From the human T2T-CHM13v2.0 reference genome, Homo sapiens: a stretch of 64,000 bases of DNA. A program made the translations under genes and the position numbers. Below are positions 1 through 15,905 of this stretch, piece by piece. How positions within the stretch are numbered: position 1 is the first letter of the stretch; each line of letters begins with the position of its first letter. The notes below the pieces were generated by a model that was not told the DNA's origin, did not search any database, and was given only the letters and a program-made list of their open reading frames with translations. Location: assembly GCF_009914755.1 (NCBI RefSeq), contig NC_060936.1, one strand, 5' to 3'.

Positions 1-1917
1 TCTAAAGTCATTATGCCTTTTCTAAACTTCATATGGCTTGCCCAATTCAATCCCTGACAAAGTGTGTTTGTCAGCCTTAAGTAATAATGAATCTCTGTTA
101 ATAGCATATGAAGAGGAACTGGGTAGTGGGCAGGAGGTTAGTACCACCTGGTAAACCACTAATACAAATGGATATGTGTAAAAAAGGAAATACTTGTAGG
201 ATGGAGAAGTGGTACAGAGAGGAGTATAATTTACTTTATGGCAAGTGGAAGGGTCAGACAAGCCTTCAGAGGTGTGGTAAGGCCTGGAAAGGATCCTGAG
301 ATGGTACACATTCCTCCCCATGTGTCTAAAATGGGGAGACAGAACACACAAGGGATCCACCTAGACTAAGTTAGAACCTGCATTTCAGGCAGAATTAGGC
401 AGAGCTAAAATTCCTAGTTCCTAGTCACCCATGAAACCACTAGATATTCCCTTATGTTAGGAGCTTTATTTCAATGCATTCATTAAAAATACTTTAAGCT
501 TAATTATTGCAGCCTTTTACTTATGTGTAAGTAAAGTATTATGTGTATTTGGGTATTAAAAGTCACTGTTCTCTTTCTTGGGAATTATATGTTTTCATAA
601 ATCATTTTTTGGTGTTGTCCTCCTAGTATGCTAAAGGAGACCTTGATTGTAAAAGGTTAAATTGAAGATGAAGTAGAATAAACCATCTAGGGTTTCTGCT
701 GTGTAAACTTGGTGTAAGTGTTGAGTCAGCTGCCTTTACTGTTGAGTGGAATCTGCAGAGCCTGTTGCTCTGTAGCCTGAATTTGTTCCCAGTGTCTCTG
801 GTTCCCTATTGGTTTATGGCCAATGACTAATGCTTTACCCACGAGTCATTAAACCCATTCTGCACTTTTCTGGTTCCCTAATCTTCTTGGAATTCATCCT
901 TGTGTCCAGTGGTCCAATGCTCTAACTTGGTATTTGGATGACTGAGTGAACAGAAATGGCAATAAAAATGTATATGTGATATAACAGTTCAAAATGCAAT
1001 TCCCTTTAGAGAAGTCTTATGAGCAAATAAAATTCCTCCCAAATCATTTCAAATCATTGGAAGTATTTGAAGCTTTTCAGTTTCCTTTGCACCTTCATGA
1101 GAGGTCAACACATACAGCAAGGGTATCTGCTAGCTCTGCACACACTTACTTTGCCAAAAAATTCAGACTTCCCGGGGCAACTCTACTTTTTAAGGCTCCT
1201 GATTAACTGCACTGATGTAAGAAGGCAGAAGCGTGGATAATCTAATATAGATAGCAGCTGATGAATATGCATGTATTTGATGTTCTAGAAAACTACTTTA
1301 AAAGAACAATGAAATACCACTGATGGCTAAACTTAGGATGAGACGAAAAGATGTCCACCTCCTGGACTACTACTCAATTCTCTGAAATCCATGTCACTCT
1401 AAGAGCTGCTATTTTCACAGAAAAGAGCTAGGAATGGTCCAGTAACTATGCCAGCAATGTGGCAGACTAAGTGGGAGAGAAATGGCGTAGAGTGGGGAAG
1501 AAAGTGGGTATAAATAAGGCATGGGAATGTTCAGCTCACAGGGGTGGGTGAGGAGTTGGGGAAGGGGGTATAGATTTAGCTGCTTGTGTTGACTGACATT
1601 TAGCTTTACCCATCCCAACACAAGATCCAAAGGCTAAAGCCTGGCAGGAAGGCCACCTCAAACTCAAGTAACTGATAAGTATCCCACAGGGAGGTGGAGC
1701 ACAGAGAAGGAGGACCTGTCAGATGTGGTGTTTGGGAGTTGAGGCAGGCAATGTCCAATCATTCTCTTGTAGATGGACGATGTAGACAGGGGGCTAATCT
1801 GTATGGCTAGGGCTGACAATGACTAGGGTAGAGCGAGACAGTAGTAAGTCAGATAAGAGAGTCCAAATTGTCTACAAGTAAAAGTGCTTGATGCCGATAT
1901 TGGGAACCTGAATGTGA

Positions 1918-2244
<327 letters not shown>

Positions 2245-2484
2245 TGACATCTGGGGTTTTCAGCCACACTTAAAGGGCAGGGGATATGGACAGGCAAGTG
2301 ATTAATTGTCTCCAGCAAAATCTGTTTTCAGGTTCCAGGGCACTATCTAGAGCATCCAAATGCTGCTGCCTAAACTGAAGTCCCAGGTGCCCAGAAGGTA
2401 CGTTCTCTGGGTGGATTTTTTCTGGTTGGCCTGGAGAGGTCATGGACTACTTCCTAAAATGGGCCACTAAAGAATTTAGCCTTC

Positions 2485-2566
2485 GTGAACCCGGGAGGCG
2501 GAGGTTGCAGTGAGCCGAGATAGTGCCACTGCACTCCGGCCTGGGCGAAAGAGCAAGACTCTGTCT

Positions 2567-2598
<32 letters not shown>
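2485..2598 (+). mobile_element. Short Alu 3' fragment with pure A31 tail
   Basis: gtgaacccgggaggcggaggttgcagtgagccgaga...ctgtctc, then A-run 2568-2598; tagccttc repeated at 2477-2484 and 2600-2607; CpGs retained. Confidence 0.93.
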
Positions 2599-2601
<3 letters not shown>

Positions 2602-4589
2602 GCCTTCAATAGTTTTTGACACTTGAAACAATAATTACTGCATTTCTTGTATGGAATTTTATACCACCTTTATGTTTACTAAATGAAGCTCAGTCCTGAA
2701 ATATTTTCTGCCCACTTTCTGAGGAGAAAATAATAGAGTTGTATCCTTTATAAGTCTATTTCAAAAAGGAGGCTGCAAGTTGCTCCTGGGGAGGCATGGC
2801 AAAGACAGGTTCTGTACCTTTGTGGCCACAGGGCCTAAATATTAGTGAGATCCATTTCCAGAGAATGCCAACATTAATACAAAAGAGTTTAAACACCATT
2901 TACTGATATCCACCATTGGGAGAAATTAGCCTCAGGGCTTAAATACAAAATGTGCTAGTGATGAAGGGGCACATAAACAAACAGAGTATATCTTTTGAGA
3001 TTGGACTTGTCTGGATGACTGTAGTCCTGAGAATTTGAGGGTATGCTTAAGATCTTATGAGTTCAGGGGTGATGTGTTTCTTGCAGGACTTCAAAAAGTC
3101 AGGTCACTTCTGTTGAGTCGTGCTCAGTCATTTTGAGCTTCTACAACTAAATTGCAAAGGGAGCAGTGTTCACACATGGTGAAACCATCGATTCACTCTT
3201 TATCCAAAGTTCTCTTTATTTGTGATTTCTCACCAGCACGCTGATGGTCACTAATCTCCTGCTGTCAAGATCTAGTTTCACAAGTTCCCCAAGCGAATCA
3301 ATTTCAGGTATTGATCATTTGGCAACTGCTAATTGCTGTAGCTAAGAATTTAATTCAATGGCGAAAAAAAGGTCTATTTGTTCTATCCTTGCTATATATA
3401 TGTTTTTGTAAGAAGATGCTTGTTTTTGCTTTATTAGCTATCCATTCTTTAATGTAAAATCAGTAGGCAAAACCTTGTAAAAATGGTATGATTTGTTGGC
3501 ATTAAAGCTGAGATTGCCTTCAGGCTGCATTAATTTATGTATCTTTAAACATAAGCAAACTTTTACTTAATTCTTCTGTTTCATTTTAATTTATCAGCTG
3601 TCTCTATATAAGACAGGAGGCCTATTCTTCAAATAAGATTACTTTCTTTGATATTAGGCAACCCATCTTATTCTCTCGAGCACATTTTCATAGAAATAGG
3701 AGGATATATTTTTCTTAAAAATCATCAGCTGTGTCTCCAATTTCATGATTACTAAGGAAGTATGCAAAGGTAAAGGACAGGAAACTGATTCGTTGATTCA
3801 AATTTTGATGAAAAAAAAATCCTTCCCTTGTTGGCTAATCTCTTACTAGCAGAAATCTGAAAATGTTTTCTTGGGTAGAAAAGAGTAATTTTTCTTGGAA
3901 ACTTATGAGATCAGGCTTTGTTTGATGCCCAGTGAGACAAGGGACAACAGTTCAGTTCACTGGTTTGCTCCTGGGAGCAGAGGCAAATTTGTCATCAATT
4001 ATTCACATGAACCCAGAGCTGTGGTAGGGAAGAGGGAGGTTTGCTCAGGAGAAGCCAATCTTGAATGTGTAAGAGCTGTGGATTTTAAAATACAGCTTTG
4101 TGGCCAGGTTTTTGACATCCTGAAATACAAGTTTTTTTTCTTTTTTTTTTTGGGCCTTAAGATGAAACCTACAATATGAGGGTAAACAGTGGCTATAGAT
4201 TAAGACATCATCTCCTTTGCGAGATGAAATCATCCACAGTTTGGCTAAGTAGTAATGTCTTTAGAGTTCAAAGTTTATAACTCCTACAGCCATTAGGAAA
4301 TATTTTCTTGTATACATACATATATGACATCTGGGTTTCACACTCTACTCAGCTTCTAAGGTATTGTTGAAGACTATGTTGTCCAGCGTCATGACCATTA
4401 GATACATGTGGCTACTGAGCACTTAAACTCTCTCTGGGCTAAATTCAGATATGCTGTAAGTATAAAATACACACTGTATTTCAAATGGAAATGAAATTTC
4501 AAAATGGAAATATATTAATATTTTTATAAAATGGAAATATATTAATATTTTAAACATTGAGTACATATTAAAATAGTGATATTTTTGCT

Positions 4590-4940
<351 letters not shown>

Positions 4941-7329
4941 TTAAAGTTAATTTCATCTTTTTTTTTACTTATTTGATGTCTCTAGAAAATATATATGTAT
5001 ATATGTACATATTACACATATTTCTATTGGACAATGCTGGTTTAAGAATATTCATTGTGACAAATGATCCTTTGATATTCCATGGTGAGCTGTGAAAAGT
5101 TATTGGAACCCCAGTCACCAGGTCCTGACATTCAGGGATCCTATCCCAAGTGTCTCCTCTGAGCCATAACTCCTGGCAGTATCCACTCTCCTGTCTTTGC
5201 TCCATATTTGCTGTGCCCCTCTTAGCTATAGCTGCTGTTCCTGTCATTGCCTTGAGACAGGGCTTACTTTTGCTCCACTCCTATCGCTGGTAAATGGGAG
5301 AGGAAACAGGGTCCCTATCTGTTACAAGTGCCTTTATGTATTTATTTCTTTAAGGAACCAAATAATTTGACTCTGTTTGTTATAGTTTGCCTGATGCTAG
5401 ACGTTGTTCATTAACCTTCCTCTTTAAGTTTGTTATTTTGATTAATTCTTGGGATAAATTCGCTTGGGGCAGGGTTGGAAAACAATACAAACATCCTCAC
5501 ACAGTGGACCATGCTTAGAGAGCTTCCTCTTTGCTTTGACTTGATTCACTGTTTGTGAATTTCTTACTCTACCACACGTTGCCAAGAAGATGAGACCCAA
5601 CCACTGGGCTCCAAGGTTTAGTCATATCCTCTTCTCTAGGAGGGGACATGTCCTGACTTTCTGGAATATGCAGATGATATCCAGCTTGGGTTCTTATTTT
5701 GGGACTATTATTGCCTGTGATGTTTAAATAATTGATAATGGGTACCAGTTGTCAAATAGGGATTCAAGTACACTATCAGTTTTATACAAGGAAAGCTGAC
5801 TTAGAGAATGGTGGCCTGGCCTCTTATATCCCAGCTGAAACTTGCCTGTAAGTCCTCAGCAGAGAAGCTAGAGAATGTTGGGTCTCCTGGTGGAGGCCCA
5901 GCTGTTTGCGGCAGGAGGCAGAGGTGGAGAGAGCACCCAGCATAAGAACAAATGAGTCAAGAGAGCAAGGAGCTTGGCTGTGTAAACTTTGATGTTGTGA
6001 CCTTACTCTTGGTAAAGAAGGTCCCATGGATTTCAGGAGCTCCTTGCCTCACCCATTGGATAAGTTACTCCTTCTTCCCCTGGGAGGAGTGAGTAAGGGG
6101 ATGGAGACAGGGAACCCAAATATTTGTTCCTGTACTCCCCTTCCTTGGAAGTAGAGAAGTTTCTTATGTTTCTGGAATGTGAGGGAGCAGAAGTAAGCAA
6201 TCCTTATATCACACACTGTAGAAGTTAAATCATAGTATTATAGATGATCAGAGCTGGCAGGGACATGAAATGCTGTCTGGTCCAACACCATCATTATATA
6301 TAAGAAAACAGCCCCACAAAAGTGCATTAACAGAGTCTGGGGGGAGCTCCCCTGTAAAGTCTGCTGCATATTAACACCTCTGAAAAAAAAACAGGAAGAA
6401 AAACAGGCTGCCAGTTTGATATAGCTTATGCCTCAGTAGAAAGTCTGTATGCATGTTTTTGTCTTTAAATATCTGCAAAATTTTTAAATACAATGAATAA
6501 GATTGCAAATCTGGCATATGAAAGAATTTACATTTTGGTTTGGCACGTTTGGTGTGGATTTACATGCAACAGCGGAACTAATCCAATTGAAATTAATATT
6601 TTCATTTCACTGCCATAAATTCACACAGACCTTGAGGAACAGATCCCCAAAAGTAGTGGTGTCTGGGACTCAGATTGTGCTGTTCATGGACAGAGAGAAT
6701 TGGGTTTACAGAATATTTTCACCAAACTCTGTGTGTTGAGTAAGTGACCTGCTGTGAAAAATGTAAAAAGCACTAATACATAGGCCAGGTCTTGTTAGTG
6801 AAAAGTCTGACTTAAAGAATTAATAATAAATAAGTCTCTAAACATGAGTATTTCAACTTTAAAGATGGTATACACAGTGACTAGTAAGTAGAATGGTTAG
6901 AGGCATGCACCTCTGGACTTCTGCTTCCATTTATTTGTCTACTGTAACAGTTACCACACTGCATTGTAATTATTTGTTTACATGCTCTTCTACTCACTAA
7001 ACACACATCAATCATCTGCCAGATGTCAGGCACCATGTTGGGCACTGGAGAAAATTAATGATCTGCATTTTGTCTATTGGCCTATATAAAGGATTTTAGT
7101 CAAGCTGATTGAAATATTTGCATCTTCTGCTTTGTCATCTGTAAAATACTGAGTGGGGATTAACATCCCATCAAGTCCTAAGATATGTATGAAATAGAGG
7201 TTTTTGAGGTTTTGAAGGATGCTTGAAAAGTTTATCCTGTCGTACAATCTGAGTCCTCCCTTTGCTTAAGACACTGTCCCAAATTGCAGTCAATGTATTT
7301 CTCTCCCATGCAAAGGAAGTGGGGAGGTA

Positions 7330-7557
7330 AGGAGATGAGGCTTAATGGCAGTTCCACAAGGTTATCAGGGTCCCTGGCTTGGTCATGCCCCCTCCCTAGC
7401 CATTTCTAACACAGAGCTGCTGCAGCAGAAATGCCCACCCCAAGGTGCAGGGAAGGCTGGAGCACCTAGTCTTTTAGCTGGGAGTATGGCTGCCCTCAGT
7501 AAAATTGGATTCTGAGAGTAAGAAAGAAGGAAATGATGAACAATGGGATAGCCAACT
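7330..7557 (-). mobile_element. Old MaLR LTR fragment (MLT1J/K-like); remainder at ~8028-8040
   Basis: agggaaggctgg...agtcttttagctggg...gggatagccaact, resuming as gtctctgcca after the ERV1 LTR. Confidence 0.5.
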
Positions 7558-7559
7558 AT

Positions 7560-8027
7560 TGTCTGTAAAAGAAAAATTGCACCAGGCCAGTTAAACAGAC
7601 AAGGAAGACTTTATTCAAGACTACTGCAATAGGGGAGAAACTTGAGCTTATCTCTGCTATAAGAAAATGAGGGAAGATTCTTAAATGTAGCAGTGAGCTG
7701 GTGGAAAAGTACTGGAGGATGTTAGTGGGGATGTTGGTCAATGTGATTAAACCATCTGTGTTAGGCTCCTACTCTCCCACAGGTACTGGGATACAGAGGC
7801 TCCATCTTTCTTGGTGATTTCATTTCAGAAGGATGGCTCCCAGGTCTTTGAGAAAGATGTTCCATTCCTGGGTTACAGAATGCTTATATCTCAAGGGTAA
7901 GAGAAAGAATTTACAACTGCAAGTTTTCTAAAGTAAATGCTGTAAGAAAAGGGAGGTCAAGGTCTTATAGTCAGAAAGAAGCCTGTCTAAACTTTAGTCA
8001 ACCTGGGGAGAATGCTAAGGCTTGGTT
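7560..8027 (-). mobile_element. ERV1 LTR, MER67-like
   Basis: Reverse complement reads gttgactaaagtttagacaggcttctttctgactataagaccttgacctcccttttcttacagcatttactttagaaaacttgc, like recalled MER67; minus-strand AATAAA (tttatt) near 7609. Confidence 0.7.
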
Positions 8028-11000
8028 ATGTCTCTGCCATGGAATTTGTTTATTTTTGCTGCAATTTTGTTTACAACACTAATATCTTATAAATCTTTTT
8101 TTCCCCATAGGTAAGATAAGCTTCAGCCCAAATTACTTTCTGAAGTGTCCAGAATTCTTTGCTCATGGAATCTGGGTAGAGGAAATTGTACACCATGTTG
8201 GATAGGGGAGGGTCAGGAATATAGCTCTTTGTAGGTTAACGACCACACGCTGCAATGTTATGAACAGTCTGTGGGACTTTATGACTGTCTAGAGTCAGGT
8301 GACAGAAAGTTTCAGGTTCTCAGAGCAATTATGCCACTCACATTATGCATGAAAAACCCCATCACTCTCCGAGCCTAAGAATAGGCTGCCAAGGGCTCCT
8401 CTTTCTGGTTATTCTCAATTGAAGATAAAGCAGTTCAGGTTGCTGCATGATTTGAGTCTGTTTTCTTCCCCCTAAAGGTGACAAGCTCTAATTTTATTTT
8501 ATTCTTTGTAAACTTGAAAATGAAAGGTCCTGTGCGAGCTGTGTGGGAGATGCAGTGTGTGCCTTTGCATTCAAGGTGAGCAGCACATAAATGTTTTCTT
8601 AATGTGCTTCAGACACGTTCGGAGACATAAAGAAGGGAATAGACCTAGCAGGTTATTGAGTCTATGTCCCTTCTTTTGCATTGATTGAAACTGCCTCATT
8701 CGAGCATGCCTTTTGGAATTTTGAGCAAACTAATTTTCTATGTCCCCAGGAGCTGATACTTGTCACAATTCCATTTCAGAAAAATTTTTCTAACATGGGA
8801 GACCTCATTGTCGAGATATTTCTTTGCATCAGTTCTATCTTATATTTTCTTGGCTAGCAAGGCCAATCCATGAAGTCAGACCCCATCGTAGAGCTGAGGT
8901 AGGAGAAGAAAACCCAGAGGATAACTGGGTTACCTTAGGATTTTACTCTATCAAGTTATATTTCAAGAGATGTGATTTAACAGTTAATATGTCTCCAAAT
9001 CCATGTAATAAGAAATTATATTTTTGACTGCATTTGCTACTAATATTTTTAATGTTTCATGTCTAGTATTTCCCCAATAGAATATCTTAAATATTTTGAT
9101 TACTTTCTATTACACACTCTATTATTTGCTGCATTAAAAACCCAAACAATGTTAAGTCATTTCAATGTAATTTAATTAATATATATACATATATAAAGAT
9201 ACTTAGGTACCATGAGAATTCCTGCTTTCAAAGATTCAAAGAGTTGAGGATGGTAGAATATTCTAAGTTAACTTAATACAGCACAAAACAGGCAGAATAG
9301 ATTACAGGATAAATTTTTACCAAAAGTTGAAAACACTCAAATGTCAGTACTGAAATTGTTATACAGTCAAACTTCTAGGAGGCTAAGTCATGGGGAGGGA
9401 ATATTTTATGTGCTGTGGAAGAAATGATATGGTGGGTATATTTTCATCCAATAGGGGAATCTGTTTTCTGCTTAGAAAATTGATTTTCTGTCCAAAACAC
9501 CTAAATATAAAACCCCATCTTTCTGCTATGCCATGGTACTGCACCATCATGAGAGAACGAGAAAGGAGTGAGGACAATACTATGACCATAGGCAGAGAAA
9601 AAAGCCATTCTCAGGGAAATAAAGAAAGGACATAGTTGCCATTTTCAATATTAATAGAATAATCTCTTTTTACAAGTGCCATCGACAAAGACTGCATTTA
9701 TCGTACACATTGAGCAAGTGTGTAAGGAGGAACTGACATTTTTCTGTTATTGGTAACGTAGGCTCTGAAATACTATTTAATAAGAAGCAAGTATTTCTGA
9801 CCAGAACAATGTGGGACATATTGAAAAGCGTCAGCAGAAACTGAGGAGAGAGAATAACTAAAAGGAAAACTGTATTTGCAGCGTCTTTGTTAGAAGACGC
9901 TACATATATAATATAAAAACTTATATTTTCCACCATTTCCATTGTAGGGTGCTAGAAATTAATTTAACACTACAGTAAACTATCCATTGTGTTCGGTTAT
10001 AATTGTTTAACTGGAAGGTAAACTGTTTCTAAAGTTTTCATTGCGTGTTAATAAGTCATTCCCTTATTCACTTATTTCTTATTTTTATTGCTCATTCCTT
10101 CACTTGTTCATCCATCCATTCATTCATTTAATAGGTAAAAATTATAGTGTGCATCTAGTCATTATTTATTATTTCACTGTTTTCATAGAAACACAAGTAT
10201 TTTTCTTTTTCTTATTTATCCATACTTGGCAGACCTTTCCTGATTGTTCTAGCAAAGACTCTGATAGTCAAAAGTTAGAAAACATGGAAGGCAACACCCC
10301 TTACAGAATTCTGGGTTAACAAATGGGTACTACAGGGGACACTGGCAAGGCTGCAAGTAAACGAACACTTCAAGTACTTTTATTTATTCATTTCCAATGA
10401 TCATATCTACTGCTAATCAGAAACATGACAATAATGGCTGGATCTGAAAAGGAGTAAACAGACACTATAATTTTTAAAACTATCAGCCACCATAAACATA
10501 AGGCAAAGAAAGCTTGTGTTGTAAGGAATTAAATTCAATGTGCTATTATTTCTTCAATTCAAACAAGATAACGAGAAATTTACAACAGGCATAGGCCTGA
10601 AAAGTGTTTGCCTGAATGTAATAACAGTGTCACTCTTATCTATGGAGAGAGGATGCTCTCATTCACTCAGACAGATGTGAACACACTAGTCAACTTGGTA
10701 ATTGTTTCAGTCACTCTATTTAAACAATTTTAACACAAAGTTCCTTAGTGAACCTTATTAGGCAGAACTCTAATAAATTAAGTAACCGTTCAATATGGAG
10801 TGAAAATCACATCCTCAGAATGTGCTAAAAATGAATCGACTCAGTCAATTCAGTAAATTACTTTTTATTTGATGTGGAGCAGATTATTTGATTAATAGAA
10901 TCTTTCACTTTTCCACCATATTGTCATTTGGCGTTTTTGGCTGCTGGAGCAGAGATTGGCTAATGTTGCCTCTGGAAAAAGGAGAATTTGTTTTAAAGAT

Positions 11001-11702
11001 ACCTAAGGAGCTGTCAGCTCAGTAGCTCTGGCTGTCACTGCTGACTGACTTCTTCTCATCCTTCCCTTCCCACATATTCTAGAGAGGAAATCAAATTGCT
11101 CCAGCTCGTTTTTTCCCAGCAGACCATAAGCAAACCCATGGATCTGTTGACTTTGAGTATCCTGTCCAATCAACTCTGCCCGGGTGCTTGAGAGGGAGGG
11201 AAGACAGGACCACATTATGGGCAGAGCACTGGTTCTTTAGTAGAGATTGTAGATGGGCAGCTGGCCTTATAAGGGGCTTCTGATGTTTGTTCAGTGTAGC
11301 ACCCAGCAGCATCTAGCTGACAGGGCAAGAATAGGCAAACTTACCATGTTTGTGTGTGTCAAAACAGTCCCCATTATCTAGTTAGTTTTTTTCTATATTT
11401 TATAACAATATTATTTTTATCATTATAAAATTGAAGTATCTTTATTGAAATACATTTGGAAACTAAAGAAAAGCACAAATAATAAACTCTTATTGGATTT
11501 TAAAATCACATCTTAAAGAAGTTTAATCCATTCATATTTATTGTCACAAATGATAGGCTTGTATCACTCTAATTTTATTTTACACTTTTTACATTTTATG
11601 CTTACTTTACATTTCTTTTTGCCATATGGAATATTTTTCTTTGCTCCCCTCAGTAATTTAAAAACTTTTAACCCTATTTTTATTCAGTATAGTTACTGCA
11701 TA

Positions 11703-12160
11703 TGTAGCCCAGTGTCTCTGGGTTTTGGGGTACGCACTGTGAAGAAGTACCCACCTGTAACTGTTGCTCCTTGAGTTCTCGTTTCAAAAAGTTCCAGGAA
11801 GGGTCTAGCGATGCCTGAGTTGGGGATGAACTTTGGCAAACTCTCTTCATTACCACACTAAAATCTCCATACAGAAGACTTTTTATAAATATATTCATCA
11901 TTTTCTATACATGTGATGTATGTAGAAGCATAATCAATGCCTTCACTGCCTTTATGCCACCCCTACATACAACAACTCGGCTAATCAGCCCATTAAAAGG
12001 CCTGTTTCCACCTTTGTTCGAGGAGACACTGCTTTGAGAACCATTCCCATGTCCTCCTTACTTATTGCAAGAAATAAAATCCCTTTGTTAAATCCTCCTT
12101 GGTTGTGGGCATCAGACTGTCACCCAACAAGTGATGAAATCCATCCTCGTGTCTATAACA
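11703..12160 (+). mobile_element. Solo ERV LTR, family not assigned
   Basis: TG...CA termini (tgtagccc...ataaca), AATAAA near 12073, LTR-like ccacctttgttcgaggagacactgctttg segment. Confidence 0.6.
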
Positions 12161-12413
12161 TAGATGCCATTAATTATAATATATTGAAATCAGTTTTTCT
12201 CTCATTTAGTATTCTTTCATTTCCGTCTTCTTTCTACCATTATTTTCTAGGTTTTCTTGATATAATATGGTATATTAGATGCAGATTTTTATTTTACACT
12301 TTTATTTTGACATCATGGCTCTTTCATTTAAAGAAATATTTTTGAAAAATGTATTACATTTTATGATACTGTTATCTATGGTTATTTAGGTATAACTATA
12401 TTAAATGGCCTGA

Positions 12414-12756
<343 letters not shown>

Positions 12757-12859
12757 CTTTTTGAGATTTTTCTTTTTCTTTTTGAAGCAATTATTTTTGG
12801 AAAGAGTACATGGATGTTATATAGTCTATGCTTTTTATTCTTATATTAATCAACTATTT

Positions 12860-13000
12860 GCATGTCTGCTGTCTATCACTCGATTGTAAGTTCCTTGGAG
12901 GGCGGGACTGTGTATTAGTCACTACTGTATCATTCCACTAGTGTTTAGCACAGTACTTTGCTAAATCTGAGTATTTAAATATTTGCCCAATAAATTAAAA
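12860..13000 (+). mobile_element. L2 3' end fragment
   Basis: gattgtaagttccttggagggcgggactgtgt...tagcacagtact...aaatatttg. Confidence 0.6.
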
Positions 13001-13044
13001 TAACTTGTTATATTGTTCCTGTTCTATTTTGCTTTCTTCTGTGT

Positions 13045-14140
13045 GTAGTGGACCTTTGCTTTTCCTCTTCTTGCCAGTACCCCTTTTTTATTTGGGTATC
13101 CACTTGGTATGGTTTGGATTTGTGTCCTCATGCAAATCTCATATCCGAACTGTAATCCTCAGTGTTGGAGGAGGGGCCTGGTGGGAGGTGATTGGATCAT
13201 GGGGGCAGACTTTCCCCTTGCTGTTCTCATGATAGTGAGTGAATTCTCATGAGATCTGGTTGTTTAAAAGTGTGTAGCACCTCCCACTTTGCTCTCTTTT
13301 TCCTGCTCCTGCCATGTAAGACATGCCTGCTTCCCCTTCACCTTCTGCCATGGCTGTAAATTTCCTGAGGCCTCCCCAGCCATGTTTCCTGTACAGCCTG
13401 CTGAACTGTGAGTCAATTAAGCCTCTTTTCTTTGTAAATTAACCAAGTACTTCTTTATAGCAATACGAGAGCAAACTAACACACCAGCCTTCTGCTGGTG
13501 GCCTGCATGCATCTGGAGAAGGTGATCCTATCCTTGCTTCTGGATTAGGCCCTCACTGTTTTAGGCTAAGCATCACACTGTATAACCTGGCTACAATGTT
13601 TGGTTAAGGAACGAACAGGAGACCTAGCCTGGACCAACTGCAGTGAATCTCAGGATTATTCTTTGGAAATCTGAGACAGAGATGCCCTTTCTTTCAGGTA
13701 GGATATGGGCAACATGTGGAATTTGTTGGCAGTGATATTGCGACCACTGGGGGAGTAGCTTTCATCAGGGGGCAGATAGTCTGCACTTAGAAACATACCC
13801 TCTACATATTACAGAACAACCTAACAATTAATGTTGGTAATGATGACCCTAGATCAAGAATAAAATATTACACTATAACTTAATATTAACTGTGATTTCA
13901 TATATTAATAAAATATTAAAACTGTGACTATGAGCATGAGGTAGACATTGCGAAAGGCAGCATAGAGACAGAGTTTGAATTTCCTCATGGACATTTTTGT
14001 GCTGCTGGCTCAAACCAAACCTCAAATCCGCTTTACCCTTAGATTATCCAGGGATGGGAACCAATACATTCCTTTATTGTTTTAGCTTGTTTGTGTTGGA
14101 TTTCTTTCAACTGCACCCAAAATCCTTATAACTGATGCAC
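13045..14140 (+). mobile_element. Old MaLR LTR (MLT1K/L-like), interrupted by the MST LTR
   Basis: 3' end gaaccaatacattcctttattgttttagcttgtttgtgttggatttct...taactgatgca; degraded internal segments. Confidence 0.45.
13105..13483 (+). mobile_element. MaLR solo LTR, MSTA-like
   Basis: tggtatggtttggatttgtgtcc...ggtgggaggtgattggatcatggggg...gtgagtcaattaagcctcttttc...actaacaca. Confidence 0.9.
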
Positions 14141-14243
14141 TATATTTTCAGCCTATTTAATCATATAAGCATTTTGGCAGTCTGCTTCATTAATTTTTCT
14201 CCTTGCCTAATTCTTTACCCTGTTTCAGTTTAAATTGTTTCTT

Positions 14244-14592
<349 letters not shown>

Positions 14593-15597
14593 TTATATTA
14601 TATTTATATTTATATTAGTGCTGATCAATTGTTTATAACTGCATAGGATCACGAAATTACCAGAGATCAGTTATTCCTGCTCCCTTATTTTTAGATAATA
14701 AAGGTAAACATAATGAGGCTAGATGATACAAGCTAGATTATGTAGTCATAGTTTTAATATTTTATTCATGACTTTGGGTCATCATTATCAACATTAAGTA
14801 TTAGATTGTCCTGTAATGTGTATGGTAGATTATTAAATGCAGACTATTTGCCCCCACTAATGGAAGTGTTTTTCTAAATAGCTTTCCATCTGTCTTTTCC
14901 AGTTAGTTGTTGCTTTTTGCTGCTGCTTTTGGGAGTTCTTTGATCATTCTTGTTGCCTCTAATCTTCTGTCTACTGTATGATAGGAAAGGAATGAGAGTC
15001 ACTAAGGTTAATCATGCTTTATAAGCTGATAACCTCAACTTTACACACAATACTAAATCCATTCACTAAGGGGTGAATTAATAGCTATAATGTGACATAG
15101 ATGACCACTGAAGTTGTTTTCACCAATATTCTTTAGTCTTTTTTAATTTTCACTTGCCTCTGGTTTTTGGTCATATGGGTGTCTGCAGTTGTTGACGGTA
15201 TAGAAAAGAGTAAGTTTTTTTAAAAAAAGAGAGGAAAGAGAAAGATTAGGAGTGTTAGTACTCTTATAATTTTTGAAGGGTAGTTGTATGTTAAATGTTA
15301 CCAAACCTCATAAATAAAACAGGTAAACCTGAGTTAAATGATACATTTAGTACATTGTGGTTCTGGTTAATTGAATTTTACAGCTTACTGAAGTGGTATT
15401 CTGAAAATCCTTCATCTTCTTAAGATCTTTCCTTACTATAGCATCTGTTTAACTTTCATAATAGATATCACATATGAAAGAAAATATTTTTCCTCATAAA
15501 TTTGCATCTTTCAAGGTCTTCTTCTGCATGGCACTAAGTGAAAACCTGGAGGGTGAGGGTTTTGAACTGTTTTGTAGTTTTGACACTGCTAGTTGGC

Positions 15598-15905
15598 ACG
15601 TGTCAGACACTATTCCTGCCCACTGCTGTCTTATTCTACTCTCCTTTGGGGCACATAGAAAGATTCTACTTTCTGCCACCTTAAGATTAGGCATGGCTAT
15701 GTGCAGTCTCTGAGGAAATAGAAACAGAAGTGATGTATGTTGCTCTAGATCAAAGCCTTTAATTGTCAGGCTTGAGTATTCCTTCTGTGGTAATCATAGA
15801 AGCATGTGTCAAGATGGAGACTCTGCAGCATGGGTGGATAAGGCATACACTTTTATTAAGCCACTGAGATTTTGAGATTTTTGATACCACAACATATCCC
15901 AGTCT
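15598..15905 (+). mobile_element. Old MaLR LTR (MLT1H-J-like)
   Basis: gaaatagaaacagaagtgatgt and ttaagccactgagattttgaga are typical MLT1 motifs. Confidence 0.55.
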
